From an uncultured Acidobacteriota bacterium (GTDB lineage: Bacteria > Acidobacteriota > Blastocatellia > RBC074), in assembly GCA_963796275.1 (NCBI GenBank), contig CAWCKY010000006.1, forward strand, positions 1,984,001 through 2,048,000: DNA of 64,000 bases, given 5' to 3'. Position 1 is the stretch's first letter. Each line of letters begins with the position of its first letter. The position numbers and the translations under genes were made by a program. Shown here in pieces: positions 21,355 through 39,318 of this stretch. The notes under the pieces were generated by a model. The model saw only the letters and a program-made list of their open reading frames with translations, had not been told where the DNA came from and did not search any database.

Positions 21355-21774
21355 TCAGCGAACAGCCCGTCTTTTACGGTGTAGAACCTCGCCCAACCAC
21401 GCACAGGGCAGGGCGGTGATCACGAGAGCGATCGGGTACCAGGCAGGACCCATGTCCATCTTGATCGAGACTATCGCGCCGGCCAGGCTCAATACAATTC
21501 CTATACTGCCTAAAGCCAGAGCGTGAGCCATCGGATTGCGAGGCGCGAGCAATGCGGCGATGTAGCAGCCAACGACGGCGTATACTAAGCGATAGGATAA
21601 TGCCAAAAGATTATCGCCGGTCTCGTACATCGGCTGCCCCCAGGGCGGATATACCTCTAGTTTGTGCAGCAGCTGGTCGGTGGCGAGCGAAAGAACAAAG
21701 ATCACGACGAGCCCTAAAAAGACGGCGGCCGCGCTTCGCAAAAGGCTACGAGGATGCGTATTCGTTTCTGCCAT
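21355..21774 (-). CDS. Hypothetical integral membrane protein
   Basis: Four hydrophobic segments, GPAWYP motif; downstream of SRPBCC gene. Confidence 0.8.
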   Translation of the reverse strand: MAETNTHPRSLLRSAAAVFLGLVVIFVLSLATDQLLHKLEVYPPWGQPMYETGDNLLALSYRLVYAVVGCYIAALLAPRNPMAHALALGSIGIVLSLAGAIVSIKMDMGPAWYPIALVITALPCAWLGEVLHRKRRAVR

Positions 21775-21868
21775 CAAAGTACTACCTGGACTTCAGGAAA
21801 TAGTTTCCAGTTTCCACTTTGTTATTATCGGGAGCCGGCAAAGGGAAACTGGAAACTTATATATAAAA

Positions 21869-22348
21869 CTATTCCGCGATCGACCCCAGTACCTCGGCGA
21901 GTTTGTCGTAACTCTCAGCCGCGCCGTGCTCCATCCCGGAGTTGATCACCGCGTCGCGAACTTCCTGCGACGGATAAAGGATCGTTGCGGTCATGGTCGT
22001 CTTTCCGCGGTCCTCAACCCAGACCGCAGTCACGATCGATTCACCCGGAAAGTCATCGAAGGACTCAGTATGGACGGTGCGCTCCGGCGGCACGATCTCG
22101 CGATATACGCCGCGCATCCCCATCTCCGTGCCGTCGGGACTGCGCAATACGAATCGCCATGATCCGCCCACTCTGAAATCGGTCTCGCAGACCACCAGCG
22201 ACCACCCCCGCGGCCCGAACCAGCGCTTGAGCAGTTCGGGCTTGGTGAAGGCGTCAAAGACTATCTGGCGGGGAGCATCGAAGACGCGCGTCAGCACGAT
22301 CTCCTGATCCGTCGGCGTTGTGACTTGCAATGTTCCTGTGTTCTTCAT
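21869..22348 (-). CDS. SRPBCC/AHSA1 family protein
   Basis: EIVLTRVFDAPR..VF.A.T.PELLKRW, DFRVGG, GMEHG. Confidence 0.92.
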   Translation of the reverse strand: MKNTGTLQVTTPTDQEIVLTRVFDAPRQIVFDAFTKPELLKRWFGPRGWSLVVCETDFRVGGSWRFVLRSPDGTEMGMRGVYREIVPPERTVHTESFDDFPGESIVTAVWVEDRGKTTMTATILYPSQEVRDAVINSGMEHGAAESYDKLAEVLGSIAE

Positions 22349-22737
22349 CCTTTTCCTCCTCTGTGTTTGGTGTTTTCACGTTTCTTCTCCTCAGCCTTCA
22401 TCTCGACGAGCAGCTCGTCGAGCCGCTCGAAGCTCTCTTCCCAGAAACGACGATAGGGTTCCAGCCATTCGGTGGCCTCTGCGAGCGGAATCGCCTCGAG
22501 CCGGCATGGCCGCCGCTGCGCGTCGCGGCCGCGCGATATCAGACCGGCTCTCTCCAGCACCTTTAGATGCTTCGAGATCGCCGGCTGGCTCATAGCAAAC
22601 GGTTCGGCCAGCTCCATCACAGTCGCTTCCCCCAACGTCAGCCGGGCCAGTATTGCCCTCCGCGTCGGATCCGCCAGCGCCGCAAATGTCATGTCCAGCC
22701 GCTCCACAGTCATTTGTTCATAACTTATAGGTTGCAT
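22345..22737 (-). CDS. ArsR/SmtB family transcriptional regulator
   Basis: FAALADPTRRAIL, MSQPAISKHLKVLERAGLI; overlaps the SRPBCC start (start codon uncertain). Confidence 0.92.
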   Translation of the reverse strand: MQPISYEQMTVERLDMTFAALADPTRRAILARLTLGEATVMELAEPFAMSQPAISKHLKVLERAGLISRGRDAQRRPCRLEAIPLAEATEWLEPYRRFWEESFERLDELLVEMKAEEKKRENTKHRGGKG

Positions 22738-22841
22738 AACTGATAGGTTATATACAGGAAGAAGGAGGTGTTAGTCAAGTGCATTAATAGAGTTTAAAAA
22801 AGAAATCTGGAAATGAGATTTAGCGGTTGAAGCTAAAACTT

Positions 22842-23651
22842 TTACTTTCTGCGGTGATCGCGTATGTATTTTGCGATCGTTCCGACGGGCGCCACCCATA
22901 TCTTATTGGCAGGATCGTTGGTATAGCGCATCAATTTTTCCAGCATCGCCACGCGCGTGGTTTGCGTACCGTCTGGGCCGATATCATGCCCGGCCAGCGC
23001 TACCCACTGGCCGGTCTCTCTGGCTTTTTCGAGGATAGGCAGAATCTGTTCAAAATCGCGACCATCCATCTCTACGCCAGTTGTCTGCGCCAGATCGCAG
23101 AAGCCCGGGTCATTCGGCGTCTCATCCTGCCATGTTCGTCCCGAACCGAATAACGCCGCCACTACCGGAACATAGCTCCTGGTATCTACGCCGCGTCCGA
23201 CGAAAGTCTGCCCGCATGGGTATGCGAACGATAGGGGCGTCACGCCCAACAGTTCTTTGATTCGCCGGTTGGCCTGCTCCAGTTCGTCGCGCATCTTTTC
23301 GAGCGTGTAATCTTCCAGGGCCTTCTGCCGGGACCACGCGAAGTTACCGGTACAGGGATGGTTCAGAGAGTGGTTTCCGATCTCATGCCCGCTCGCCACA
23401 ATTTTCTTCCATGCTTCCAATTGTCGCTCCACCGCCGAAGGGACGACATAAAAGGTCGCTTTGACATTGTGTCTGTCGAGCAGCGCTAAGCCGTTATCCA
23501 CTTGGCTTTTGCGCCCATCATCGAAACTCAGACTCAACGCGGCGCGTCTCCCGTCGGGCCAGGTGAAATTATGGGCGGAAGGTTGTTGTGTGAGAGCGAG
23601 AACGCTCAGCAAAATTGCAGGTAGAAACGCTAGTATTGATCGCATGGTCAT
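22842..23651 (-). CDS. Polysaccharide deacetylase family protein
   Basis: SFDDG, HEIGNHSLNH, FAYPCG; signal peptide. Confidence 0.88.
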   Translation of the reverse strand: MTMRSILAFLPAILLSVLALTQQPSAHNFTWPDGRRAALSLSFDDGRKSQVDNGLALLDRHNVKATFYVVPSAVERQLEAWKKIVASGHEIGNHSLNHPCTGNFAWSRQKALEDYTLEKMRDELEQANRRIKELLGVTPLSFAYPCGQTFVGRGVDTRSYVPVVAALFGSGRTWQDETPNDPGFCDLAQTTGVEMDGRDFEQILPILEKARETGQWVALAGHDIGPDGTQTTRVAMLEKLMRYTNDPANKIWVAPVGTIAKYIRDHRRK

Positions 23652-23784
23652 ATCGGGATGGGATTTTATCGCGTGATGAGCTCCAGACCCAAACAGTTTA
23701 GAGATCATTAAATAATTGCTGTCGTGGGATTACAAAACATAGGGTGTATTTTTTCACACTTTTTGTGCGACTATTTCAGCCTCG

Positions 23785-23834
23785 TTGACATTCTACCAGA
23801 GCTGCCCGATACTCGAGTAGATTTTCCACTGGAG
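23785..23834 (+). promoter_or_regulatory. Sigma70 promoter and probable PadR operator
   Basis: TTGACA (23785)-17 bp-GATACT (23808); imperfect inverted repeat ctcgagtaga-ttt-tccactggag (23812-23834). Confidence 0.65.
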
Positions 23835-23839
23835 GCGTT

Positions 23840-24193
23840 ATGCGGAAGCAAAAAAGCGAATCGATCGACATGTTGCAGGGCACGCTTGACATGCTCATTT
23901 TGCGCACGCTGCTCTTCGGGCCCAAGCACGGGCATGCCATCGCAAAATCTATAGAACAAATATCACAGGATGTTCTAAGGGTTGACCACGGCTCCCTCTA
24001 CCCGGCGCTGCAGCGGATGGAACGGCGCGGCCTGATCACCGCCAAGTGGGGTACGTCTGAAAATAACAGGCGCGCCAGGTATTACCGCATGACGGCGGCC
24101 GGGCGCAAAATGCTGGTCTCCGAGACAAGCAAATGGGAACGCTTGACCGAGGCGATCGCTCGTATCCTCAACCCAAACCGTGAGGAAGCTTAA
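23840..24193 (+). CDS. PadR family regulator, acidobacterial type
   Basis: [32 protein letters not shown]. Confidence 0.92.
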   Translation: MRKQKSESIDMLQGTLDMLILRTLLFGPKHGHAIAKSIEQISQDVLRVDHGSLYPALQRMERRGLITAKWGTSENNRRARYYRMTAAGRKMLVSETSKWERLTEAIARILNPNREEA

Positions 24194-24621
24194 CTGTTTC
24201 TGGGACTCCTCTGCGAATAGAAATGCTCTATCGGATTTTTCATATTGAAACAGGGTGGGAGTTAGTAAAGAAAATAAATTCTTCCGTCGCTATTCTTTGG
24301 CTGAGACTTTGACCTGATCCAGTTATATCTACAAGCCTCCAACTCGACAGATGACATACTGCATCATCTGTTCAAAGGGCATTGACATACAATCTTGGTG
24401 TGATAAGTCTGCAGAACCAGAGCCAAAACCCTCACCGATGCAGCACACACAATTGTCACACTTGAGACGGTTTTGGTATCCATTCAGGCAGCTGCCTGCT
24501 CGCCTGCTCCATTCGACGAGGATTCGTGCGATAGGGACTTCAGATACATGAAAGGCCACAATTGACAAGAGGTAGAACAATGGTAATGGGACCAAAAGTG
24601 ATTCCTTACTGTCCATCATCA

Positions 24622-26745
24622 TTACGCGATGTGGCGACGACATGGGTGTGCTTGATTGGTTTCGGATAGCAAAGAATTTACAGCCTCATTATCCTCGAGC
24701 CTTGCGTTCATCATCAATGTTGCCAAATCGCGAGGAATGCAGATTGAGAACTTAAGATCGTCAAGATAGTTTGCTAAGTCAGATGCCTGCCAGGATGTTC
24801 GAAACGGTTGGTGAAGTTCGGCAATCTTCTCTCTTAGTTCAGTTTGATTGGTTGGCGTCTGAAATTTGATCTTTAAGTTATCGTATGAGACCTGCCAGGT
24901 GCTGTTGCTCTTTAGACTTGTGGCCAATTGGCTATTAGCGCAAAGACCACCGAATGTCCACCAGACAGCAGTTCCGTTTTGCTGATCAGTTACCAAAGTT
25001 GTTGCCTGCTCACTGATCCAGTCGAAATCTGATCGCGCCTCGGCGATCACAATTTGTGCGCGGTGAGACCAAGCAGGATTGGTCCGCGTGGTCGATGCCA
25101 ATATCCGGCAGATAGCCTGACAAAGTTTGAATGAGGATCGCGGTTCGGCGCCCAACCATCTCGACCGGCCTTGTTCGTCTGCAGGTTGAACCCAGGCAAC
25201 ACGTTTACTCCATTCAATGTGCGTAACCTGCCAGCTTCTTCCACCTAGCAGCAAAATCGGCTTGCTTGTATCGCGAGCGAGAAAGGAGAACTCATGAACC
25301 GAGCCAAGTTCCGTTTGGCCGTGTAGGACGCTGAAGAGTGGTGGGCTGGTGAAGACGGAAAATAGTTCCAGAAAGTTTCGCCGCCCGAATGTCGACTCAC
25401 CTTCATCCCCCAACCAAAGAATCCCTTCGTCTTCCGAGAGAATCTCCGTCTTGATCATGTACTGCAGAATGCCCTCGATTTGTTGAGTGGAGAAGTCTGC
25501 AAACCCGGGCATCCGGCCAATCCACGCGCGCCAGGTGCTGACTCCTATGCCACGCTCCTGTAGCGCCAACGCCATGATCTGTTGGGCAAATATGTGAAAT
25601 GGGAGAGGAGGGGGAATCACTGCCTCGACCATGTTCTGTTGCCACAATTCAATGATAGCTGCTGCCTGCAGCAGAGACTCGCGTGAGGTAGCTAAAAAGA
25701 AGCAGTTGCGCTCCATCCCCGCGCGCCTGCCGGTACGCCCCATCGTTGCAGAAACGAAGCGATCGTGCTGGGCGCGTCAATTTGAATCACCCGGTCGAGA
25801 TCGCCGACATCCACGCCAAGTTCAAGCGTACTGGTTGCGACGATCACACAATCGCTCGACTGGCTGAATGCCGCTTCGGCCGCCTGTCGTTCTTCCAGAC
25901 GAAGCGAGCTGTGAGAGACGTAGGTAATAACGCCTGCCTTGGAGAGCAGCGATGCCAGTTGCTCAACGCGTGCACGACTGTCGCAAAAGACCAATCGCTT
26001 CTCCCCACGATGTAAACGTGAAATCACAGTCGCGGCATTCTGCAGACTTCCGACGTAATCGAGCTGTACATTTACTTGCTGCGGGCTGATCGCCTCCGGA
26101 GCGATGACTTCGCGTTGGCCTTCGCAAACTCCCGCGAGCCAATCAAGTAGCATCTGCGGGATTACCTACCGTAGCTGAGAGGCCGACTCTCTGCAATTCC
26201 GCACCGGATAGTTTTGTGATGCGTTCGAGCACCGAGAGCAGATGCCAGCCCCGATCGTCGCCTGCGAAAGAATGTATTTCGTCCACGATCACGACTCGTA
26301 GATTCCTGAAGAAGCTCTCATGATCGGCCCGCTGAGAAAGCAGGATCACCTCAAGTGATTCGGGCGTCGTCAGGAGACAGTCGGGTGGATCTTTCAGAAT
26401 GGCTTGTTTGACTGAGTCTTTAATGTCCCCGTGCCATAATCCGCAGCGTCGTCCCGCCAAATCGCAATATTGCACCAGCCTTGTTTCCAGATTGTTCAAC
26501 AGTGCTTTGATCGGGCAGATGTAAAGCACACTCAACCCGGACCAATTCTTGGTGAGCATTTGTGAGAGGATCGGAAAGAACGCTGCTTCGGTCTTTCCCC
26601 CAGCTGTGGGAGCTAGCAGGATTGCGTGTCGTCCTGCAATCAGCGGTTCAATAGCGCGTTCCTGCAACGGTCTAAGTGAGCGCCAACCGAGGGTATCGAC
26701 GATGTGATGTTGTAGGGCAGAATGAAGCAGGTCAAAAGCCATCAC
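24622..26745 (-). CDS. brxHI: BREX type 2 Lhr-like helicase BrxHI, frameshifted
   Basis: APTAGGKT, DEIH, LSAT, ATSTLELGVDVGDLD, MGRTGRR; three ORF pieces; last gene of the pgl cluster. Confidence 0.85.
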
Positions 26746-28056
26746 AGTTCAAGCTCGATCTCGTCAACGTTCCCCGCGCGGAGGGCATTGCGTTCGATTT
26801 CATTCAATTCAGAAGAGGAGACTGTAAGTGCGTAATGGATGCGCGGATCGAAATCGGGAAATTGCTCGATGCGGTCGAGGATATCACTGACCAGCTTCTT
26901 CAAAAAAACTCTCGGCGCGATGCCGACTCGATTTCCAAGCGTGCCCGCGATTGCCCGCGCCAATTGTTCGATATAATTGCGATCCGCAATGGTTGTGATG
27001 CGATCGGCCTCGTTGGAATAAGCCGAGAAGATGTCTCGCACTCGAACCCCGACCTCGACCAATGAATCGAGCGTGAAGCCCGGCAATCTAATCTGGATTG
27101 CCCGCGGATTATCGAATCGCGCGTCTGTCGAAAAATCGACCTGCAATCGTTGCGCAAGCGGGGAGAGTTTCTGTATTCCTTGCGGACTATCGTAAAACGA
27201 AGGTGTGCCTGTGATAAGCAGATAGAGGCCTGGGAAGCGGCTTGCATCTATCTCATCAATTAGCTGCCGCAGAGCATTTAGCCCCTTTTCACGCACGTCG
27301 CCGCGGACGCGTTGCAGTGTCTCGACTTCATCCAGAACGAGGTAATCACGCGCGCCCGGAATCGCGCAGGACAGTCAGCAGACCCTGTAAGAAGCTCAAT
27401 GCGCCGTAATGATCTACATCCCCCTTGATATTGGCCGCGCGTTTGACGGATGCCGCAACATTAGGTTGCCCGGCGATCGAGGAGAGCAACCCATCGGCGG
27501 TTGAACTTTCACGGTTGTGCTAGCTTGCAGGTAACCGCGCAGCGCTGCCGCAAAAGCTGGTGCGGTACGCGTGATTGCCGCCAGACGTTGCTCCATCAAT
27601 TCGGTAGTCAGTCAGCGGGAGTTTTTCTGCATCACTGGCATCTGCCTGGCCGCTGGCAATGACGTCTTCTTCCAGCGTGTAGAACCACCCGTCAATAATC
27701 GTCCTGAACGCCCCCTGTTCCGTATCTGAAGTCGAGAGCCTTTCCATCATCCGGCGATAGACCGTCTCCAACCGGTGCAGCGGTGTTTCAGTCTCGGATA
27801 TCTGCACTTCCGCTGCTGCAAAGCCGGATTGTCTGGCGCGCTCCTGCAGCCAACGGGCGAAAAAGGTCTTTCCACTACCATACTCGCCGCGCACTGCTTT
27901 GAAGACGCTTCCGCCGGTGCGCACGACACTCAGTTCGTCATCGATCGCGTTCTGAAATCTGTCCAACCCTACGGCGAATGCATCCAGGCTGCGCATTGGG
28001 ACTGTTCCCCTGCGCAGCGCGTCAATGATCTCGCGTCTCCGTTGCGGACTAATCAT
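26742..28056 (-). CDS. brxD: BREX ATP-binding protein BrxD, frameshifted
   Basis: RRREIIDALRRGTVP, Walker A GEYGSGKT, EVQISETETPLHRLE, FDNPRA. Confidence 0.88.
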
Positions 28057-30767
28057 TGTCTTCATCCAGTCCGAATTGCACCTTCAGTAGGTTAAGGTTG
28101 AGGCGGATTGTGCCTGAAGGCTCGTCAATGTCCAGCACGGCATATCCGTCCACATTCAATATTCGGCGAATGGAGGCGATAATCCCGGGGATGCGTATTT
28201 CCGGAAAACCGAGCTGTTGCGCCATCGTCAATTTCAGCGCCGTGCCATTGTAATCTGCAAGAACAGACAGAAACCTTCGCACTTCCTCCGGCTTCGGCGC
28301 TCCTCGTCCCGCCAGTTTATGCTGATGGGTGAAAACATCCGACGCTAATAACCTGTCGATCCATTCGGCGGCTTTGGGAGATGCAGATGCTTCTACATCG
28401 GTGAAAAGCGGCATGGACTTGGTCGATGTTTTCATCGTCCTTCTGACTGGAGCAAGAGATTTAAGAACATGTTCGGTTCGCAACGGCTCTGGCCGGCTCC
28501 ACCAGTCAGGCTGATAGAGCGGACGCTCATCCCAGTAGTTCAATCCTTCGTCGAAGTTTTTGATTTTATCTCACGAGCACGCGACATGGGACGACGCATT
28601 CCTGTGGCGTTAGCCCCCCGTGATAGCCATGCTTCTTCATCGAGTACCGGACACGCTCACTCCACGGCGCGATGATCTTACCCGAGATGACCCGGCTTCC
28701 GCTGACCATCAGTTCGTTGGCCTCCGGCGCGCCATTTGCGCTGCGATATCGATCGCCCGCAGATGTCGGATCCGCAGGTTGGCGTTGGATGGTTTGCCGG
28801 TCGAGGAGATGGCCGTGATCCGCAGTCATGATCACGGCGCGGCCTGCGTCACGTGCCGCGTACAGCAGATGTTCTAGCACGGGAATGTGTTTCAAGTCCC
28901 AGGGCACGTTCAATTGCCCCCCTTTGAGCAGATGATCATCAACTGCATTGACTACTACGCCGATGATCTTTCGTTTCTCCGAAGTCAACTCCTGTCGCAG
29001 ATTGGCGGCCAGTTCATTGCCGCCCGGTTCTGTGAGGCGGTTATTGTGAAAGAGAATCGGTGACTTCATCCTGGAAGCTTTTCGCAACTCTTCATTCGAC
29101 TCAAATCCTGCGGTTTCGTCTATGCCGGTTCCTTGGAGAAGAACCTCGCGCAAAGCAGACTTGCCCGTGAAACATCCGTGATTGAAGGAAGCGCAGCGAT
29201 AACGGGCATTGGCCATGCCTTCCTTTCAGGCGCAATTTCCACCCAGCCGCGGTCTGTAATCTCCTCGAGCAATTCATGAAAAATGGCGTAACTCATTCCA
29301 TCCATCACGATCAGTAGTACCGGCAGCGACTTCTCCTCCTCGGCGACCACTCGCTCCAAAACATCCTCGACTTTGATGATCTCCTCGCTGCACGAGCCTG
29401 CTTCGGTCCACTGGCCAACAATTCGCCAAAGCGCCGGTTCTCCTCTTCGCGCCGCGTGGTGACAAGGTTTGTCAGTTGTGTGTAGGCTTCCGAAAGCGTC
29501 GGTAGCATGATCGCCAATATAGAGAGCGTATCTGGCCCGATCTACAAAACCGCCGTACCTCGCATAGGCCAGGGCAGCCTCTTCAAGGCTACCCAGTTCA
29601 AGCTGTGTTTCGGCGAGCCATCTCAGTAGTCGCAGCGACATCTCTACGGTCTCCGCCCTGGATGATCGCTTGCCGCCCTCCGAACGCCTGACGGTGGCGG
29701 AAACCTCTTTCTGTCAAATGCTGCAACTCGTCAGATAATTCGGCAAATTGGCCTAACATACAATGTTTCAGCAATTGCCGGCCATACTGCTCCAGCGCCT
29801 GTTCAAATCCAAACTGGGAAAATGAGCTAAGCCATGCGTATTCGGCGATTTTGAGGTCGGCCAAAATCTACATCTGTCCGGTCCAATACTCGCATCGCCG
29901 TGTGTTTCTGTTTTCCCTCTGCCAATCGTTCGATCAGGCTGACCGCTGCGTTTCTCCATGTTTCGGCCTCTGCTGCGGTTAATGAACGACCCCCGACGAA
30001 TCGCTCCATCCGGATAGCTGCGCTGTGCAACTCCGCCTTGATCGGCATCTCCGCCGCCGCGTTGAAGACAACCTGACAGACCATTCCGATGGGAACAGCA
30101 TCCTCACCAAACCCGGCATCCAGACAATCCAAGATCGTATCCCCAACTGAGCCCACCGACTGTCGTAGCCATCCGCGCAATTCCTGTTTGATCCCTGCCG
30201 AAGCGCCCAAATACTGACTGGTATTCTCAGTATTCATAGTCCAGGCCAATAGATCGCGCGCGTCGGGACGTGCCATTTCAAACCCGAACTGTTCTTTCAG
30301 TACGATTACCCACACTGTTTCGGCATCCAGTATCCCGCTGGTGGCGGGCGGATACCCTTCCGGCGGCAGGCGTTCGAGCAACATCTCGGCCAGCCAGCGA
30401 TTCTTCTTCGACATTGGATGAGTTTGGCGCGCCTTGAAAAGTTCTTGCAGCGTCTGCCAGGGGTCGTCGGTGAAGAACTGTTCTTGGCGAATCGCGCCAG
30501 CAGGTCTTGCCCGAGTTCGTTCTCATTCAGGTTGGTCAATACGACTTGCAACACCCGGTCGCGGTCGCGCTCGACCAGCAATTCGCGAATCTGAAGAACC
30601 GAATCGCACCAATTGAAAAAGCAGTCCCGCCCGTTCACCTCCGATCGCTCAGCAACCGGCAACCGTGTGGACATTCTGATCCCGAAGACACTGTATTTTT
30701 CGTGTTTTCTATGGATCGATTCGACTTGTGCGCGAATCTGCGACAATGATGACGAGGTCAGACTCAT
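28049..30767 (-). CDS. pglZ: BREX type 2 alkaline-phosphatase-fold protein PglZ, frameshifted
   Basis: VMDGMS, ALPSIT, TADHGH, HGYHGGLTPQE, C-terminal RRILNVDGY. Confidence 0.88.
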
Positions 30768-33700
30768 CGACTATATATCTCCCAGGTCAAACGCAGGCGA
30801 GCTGCCGCATCGGAATTCAGTTCCTCGCGAATCCACATGAATACCTGCTCCAACCTTTCTCTGTCATGTCTTCCATCGTCCCACTATCCAAAATTTTGAC
30901 CGATTGCCCACCCGCGATCTGCGAAACAGGGATCGCCGTTTGCCCCATTTGCTCAGTTTGCCCTCGATATCCCGAACTCCCCAGTTGTGCCGTTTTCTGG
31001 CCGGTTGTGTTCGATGTTGACTCAGGTTGCGTTGTTCGTTGTGGCGGCGCTGGGTGCGGCCTGGGTGGTGCAGCCAATAATCGCGTTGCGCGGGTCTTGA
31101 CCTCCTTCAATGCTGGACCGAGCTGGACCGCCAACTCATCACTTTGGAAAATGATCTTCAACCGTTCAAGAATGGGGGGCGCCGCCTGCTGTCGATCATC
31201 ACCCAGCTTTTGGATGGCCTCGAATATCTGCCAATCGCTCTTGGCCAGCTTTAGGTCGGTTAGCACTTCCGCAGCCGATTTCAAACTAGTTCCCATTGCG
31301 CTTTCGCTGGTCTCGATCTCTGACATGCGCCAGGGCAGCAACAAACTGATCGTCGCCTGTGCTCAACAAGGCATCGATTAAAACCTTCGTCGCCCGCGCG
31401 GTCTTCAGTCGATCGGTATCGACGCGTATCGTCGCCGCAGCAAATAGATGCGACGCCATCAATTGCTTTAACTTCTCCGCCAGTCTGTTGCAATCAGCTT
31501 GGGTTTCGCGTGCGACTTTGCAGACATCGGCGATGAACTTCGCGAGGTTGGACGCATTCAACAAGGGCGAGGCCGTTATTCCGAATATCGCCGAGCCTCT
31601 GGCGGTTGCCGCATCCCATTCCGCCGGCGCCGGCAATCGTTGTTCGCGGAGTTCGAGTTCATCCGGGAATGTCCTCCACTATCGGTGAGAACGGCCCACC
31701 ATACAGGGCGAATGAGCGATCTGTCTGTGCCGCGAATGTCAGGATGATCAGATTCTGAAGTTCTCTCTGTAATCCCATTGGTTGTGGTTCGTCTAATCCA
31801 CCTGCGCAACGAACCTACGGTCATGTCCGTCTGGTGCTCAGCTTCCTTTTTCAGCAAATGATTTTTCCAGTGCACGCCTAATACGAAAGGGATTTCAGAC
31901 ATCTCGCCCAACTTGAGCGGGTTGGCGATCAGGCGCATGTCCTTTCGCATCTCCCGATCCACAATCACGCGTCCATCTTCGATCTGCGTCGCCTGGTCGA
32001 TTACTATCAGAACCTTCTTGAGCACCGAAGCGCTGATCCTCGCCTCCGGTTCGAATTTCGGATGTGCAGGGAACTGATGGCTGAGCGCCTGATCGAGCAA
32101 GTGTTCAAACGAATCTTTCAGATTGGCGCCCACCGGCGGCATCAATTCGAAGGAAGGGTCGAGCGTTTCGAAATGCTCTCGCTCTTCCAGCTTGAGCGTT
32201 TCGCTGAGGGATCCAGGTTCGGGCTTCGCTATGCCATAGGCCCCTTCCAGGTATCCAATTATGCGCTGCCTCAATTGGCTGTGTTGATTTTCGAGAGGGG
32301 TCCTCGCCTCTACGCGTTCCTGTGGTGAGAGGCGTGTAACGTAGCCGCCTAAACGATCTCCGGTCAGAATATGCTCCAATCTAAATAATGTTCCCAATTC
32401 ATTGAGCGCTTGCCGGTGCAGAAAAGATGGAATACCAGACGATGGTGCGCGAAACTTCATCTGCGCTACGCCGCATCCCTTCCAGTTTATTAAAATAAAT
32501 ACGTGGACCGCGGCCTTCGTTGTCAAATGGAAAATCGATAACGACACGCCAATCTTCGCCCGTGTTGATGAGTCGGTCATCCGGCATCTCCCGGATATTA
32601 CCGAAAACGATATCGCAGGAACGCCGGGTCGCGCGCCACGTAATGTCGTGATGCAGAAAAAATTCATCTTTCTAACTCAATGCCGATTTGGCTGAAGAGC
32701 AGCTCTTTGATCTTGCGTACTCGGTTCCCGTAATTATCCTCCGATTGTGCCTGCTCGATAATGCTATGCGTATCCACGCCGGTCAGGTGAACCGATACAA
32801 TCGGGTTAACCAGATCGTCGGAGATTTTGATCTGTCCGATTTCAGCCGCCCATTCACGGCATCTGTTCAGCACCACCTGGCCTTCGCGGCCCTTGATCGG
32901 CGATTTGATCATGCCAGGATTGAGCGCCGCCAGCTTACTGACAGTCAGATTCCTGAATGATTCGACCTCCGGTGCGAGCGCCGCCAGCAGCAATGTTTTG
33001 GCCAACCGGTCATCATTCCTGATTCTGACGGCTCGTTCATCGTCAAAAGGCAGGTCCGATAGATCATCGAAAAGGAGATTGTGCTTTCTCTCAAGCAGCG
33101 GCCGCAACTTACTGTGATATAGCTTTTTGGCATCTTCGAAATGGTTGCGCATCACATCGCTGAACGCCTCACCGTGAGAGATCGCGTCGAACAGATCACC
33201 GACCGGAACGATCTGCCCGAAACGCAAATGCTGCTTCTGCTAGACCAGCAGTTGCAGCATCATTTTAAGCGCCGTTCGTTCGCGTTGCAGCAGCGATGAC
33301 ACGGCTACCAGCGTGTGTATCAATGCAGGGCTGAACGGATAGACCTTGCTGAAATGTCTCGCGATCGGATTGACTGGTCAGCAAGACATTCATTACCTCT
33401 TCCCGAATCTCATCGGTTTGCTGGAACGCTTCATCCATCAACTGGCGTGAAGTCTCGGAGTTCGGTTTCAGGATGCGCTTCTCGGCGATGGCTGCCAGGT
33501 TGCGATCTTCCAGCTATGATCGTGGCGAAGCGCGCCTCCCAGTACCCTGAGCACATCTTTGAAACTCAACCGCTCGGCGCCCGTGATGATGATCGCCCAC
33601 CAGCTTGGGGAGATCGCGCTGCCGGGCGACGAAGCTGATGATAGGAGTAGGGCGGTCGGCGGTAGGCCGTTTTCGAGCAGCTTCGCCAGCTTCTGGCTCT

Positions 33701-34582
33701 CGCGATTGACGAAAGCTACTTCCGATGCGTGGCTGGCCAACCACAGAATCAATTCGTCCAGAAACAGGATCAGGCCGTCGATAACCCAGCGCCTTCGCAT
33801 GCCCGCCGATGATCGAAAGCCCCAGGTCGAGATCGACGAATATCCCCGCTGCTCTTGATCGCCGAAAAAAAGACCTACGATCGTATCGCCAATCAGCCGA
33901 TCGCGATCATCGGCGACCTGGACTTGTCTGGAATATTTTTCGAAATCGGGCAGGGAATTGATTATCCTTTCGAAGTTCGCGGCGTCTACCAGCCGCCACT
34001 CATCTCACCCCAGCCGCACATTCTGCCGGCGTCCGTCCTCCATTTCAAATTCGCAAAAAATACCTGATCACCCATCTTCTCGCGCAGCTTACGGGCGTCA
34101 TCAAATATTTTGCTCAGATTTAAAGACAGCAGGCAGGGCCGCTTCGGGAATGGATTGATGTATGATGTGTTTCGACGTAACCACCCAGCAGCGCCGATTC
34201 CATATCCTGCGCACCGACCATATGATACGGCACCAGCAGAAATTCTTTCCCCCTCATTGACGCGTTGTGTTTGGCAATGACCGGCGCCAGTTCGCGAATC
34301 GAGCGCGCGTGCGCATCTCCGGCCAATATCAGATGGAGGATCGCCATAAAGTGGCTCTTGCCGCTGCCGAAACTGCCATGCAGATGCTGCCTCGCTGACT
34401 CGGCCTTCCAATGCCGAGCGAATCAACCCGAGCGCCGAGTCAAAACATTTCACGAGTTGGGTGGTGACGACGTAGTTAGGCGACCGTCTCTTGCGGACGG
34501 GTGACGCCGTCAACTCAGTTTCAAACGAAATCGCCTTGGTGAACCGGTCGGGTAAGTCAATCAAATCTTTGATGTAGGTCAT
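30764..34582 (-). CDS. pglY: BREX type 2 ATPase PglY, frameshifted
   Basis: [21 protein letters not shown] across a frame break, [36 protein letters not shown]; stop overlaps the pglZ ATG. Confidence 0.85.
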
Positions 34583-34751
34583 GGCCGCTTCTTCGATTGT
34601 GTTTATTTCTGCAAGAAAGGCTCGCCTTTATATTGCATGGAAGCCGGCAAACTATCCATCGTCGCGTCAGCCTACTGGAGCGCAGCCACTGCATGCCGCT
34701 AGGAGAGCAACATTAGCGGCCAGTCACGGACCGCGCTTGTCCTTCTGCGGG

Positions 34752-39314
<4,563 letters not shown>

Positions 39315-39318
<4 letters not shown>

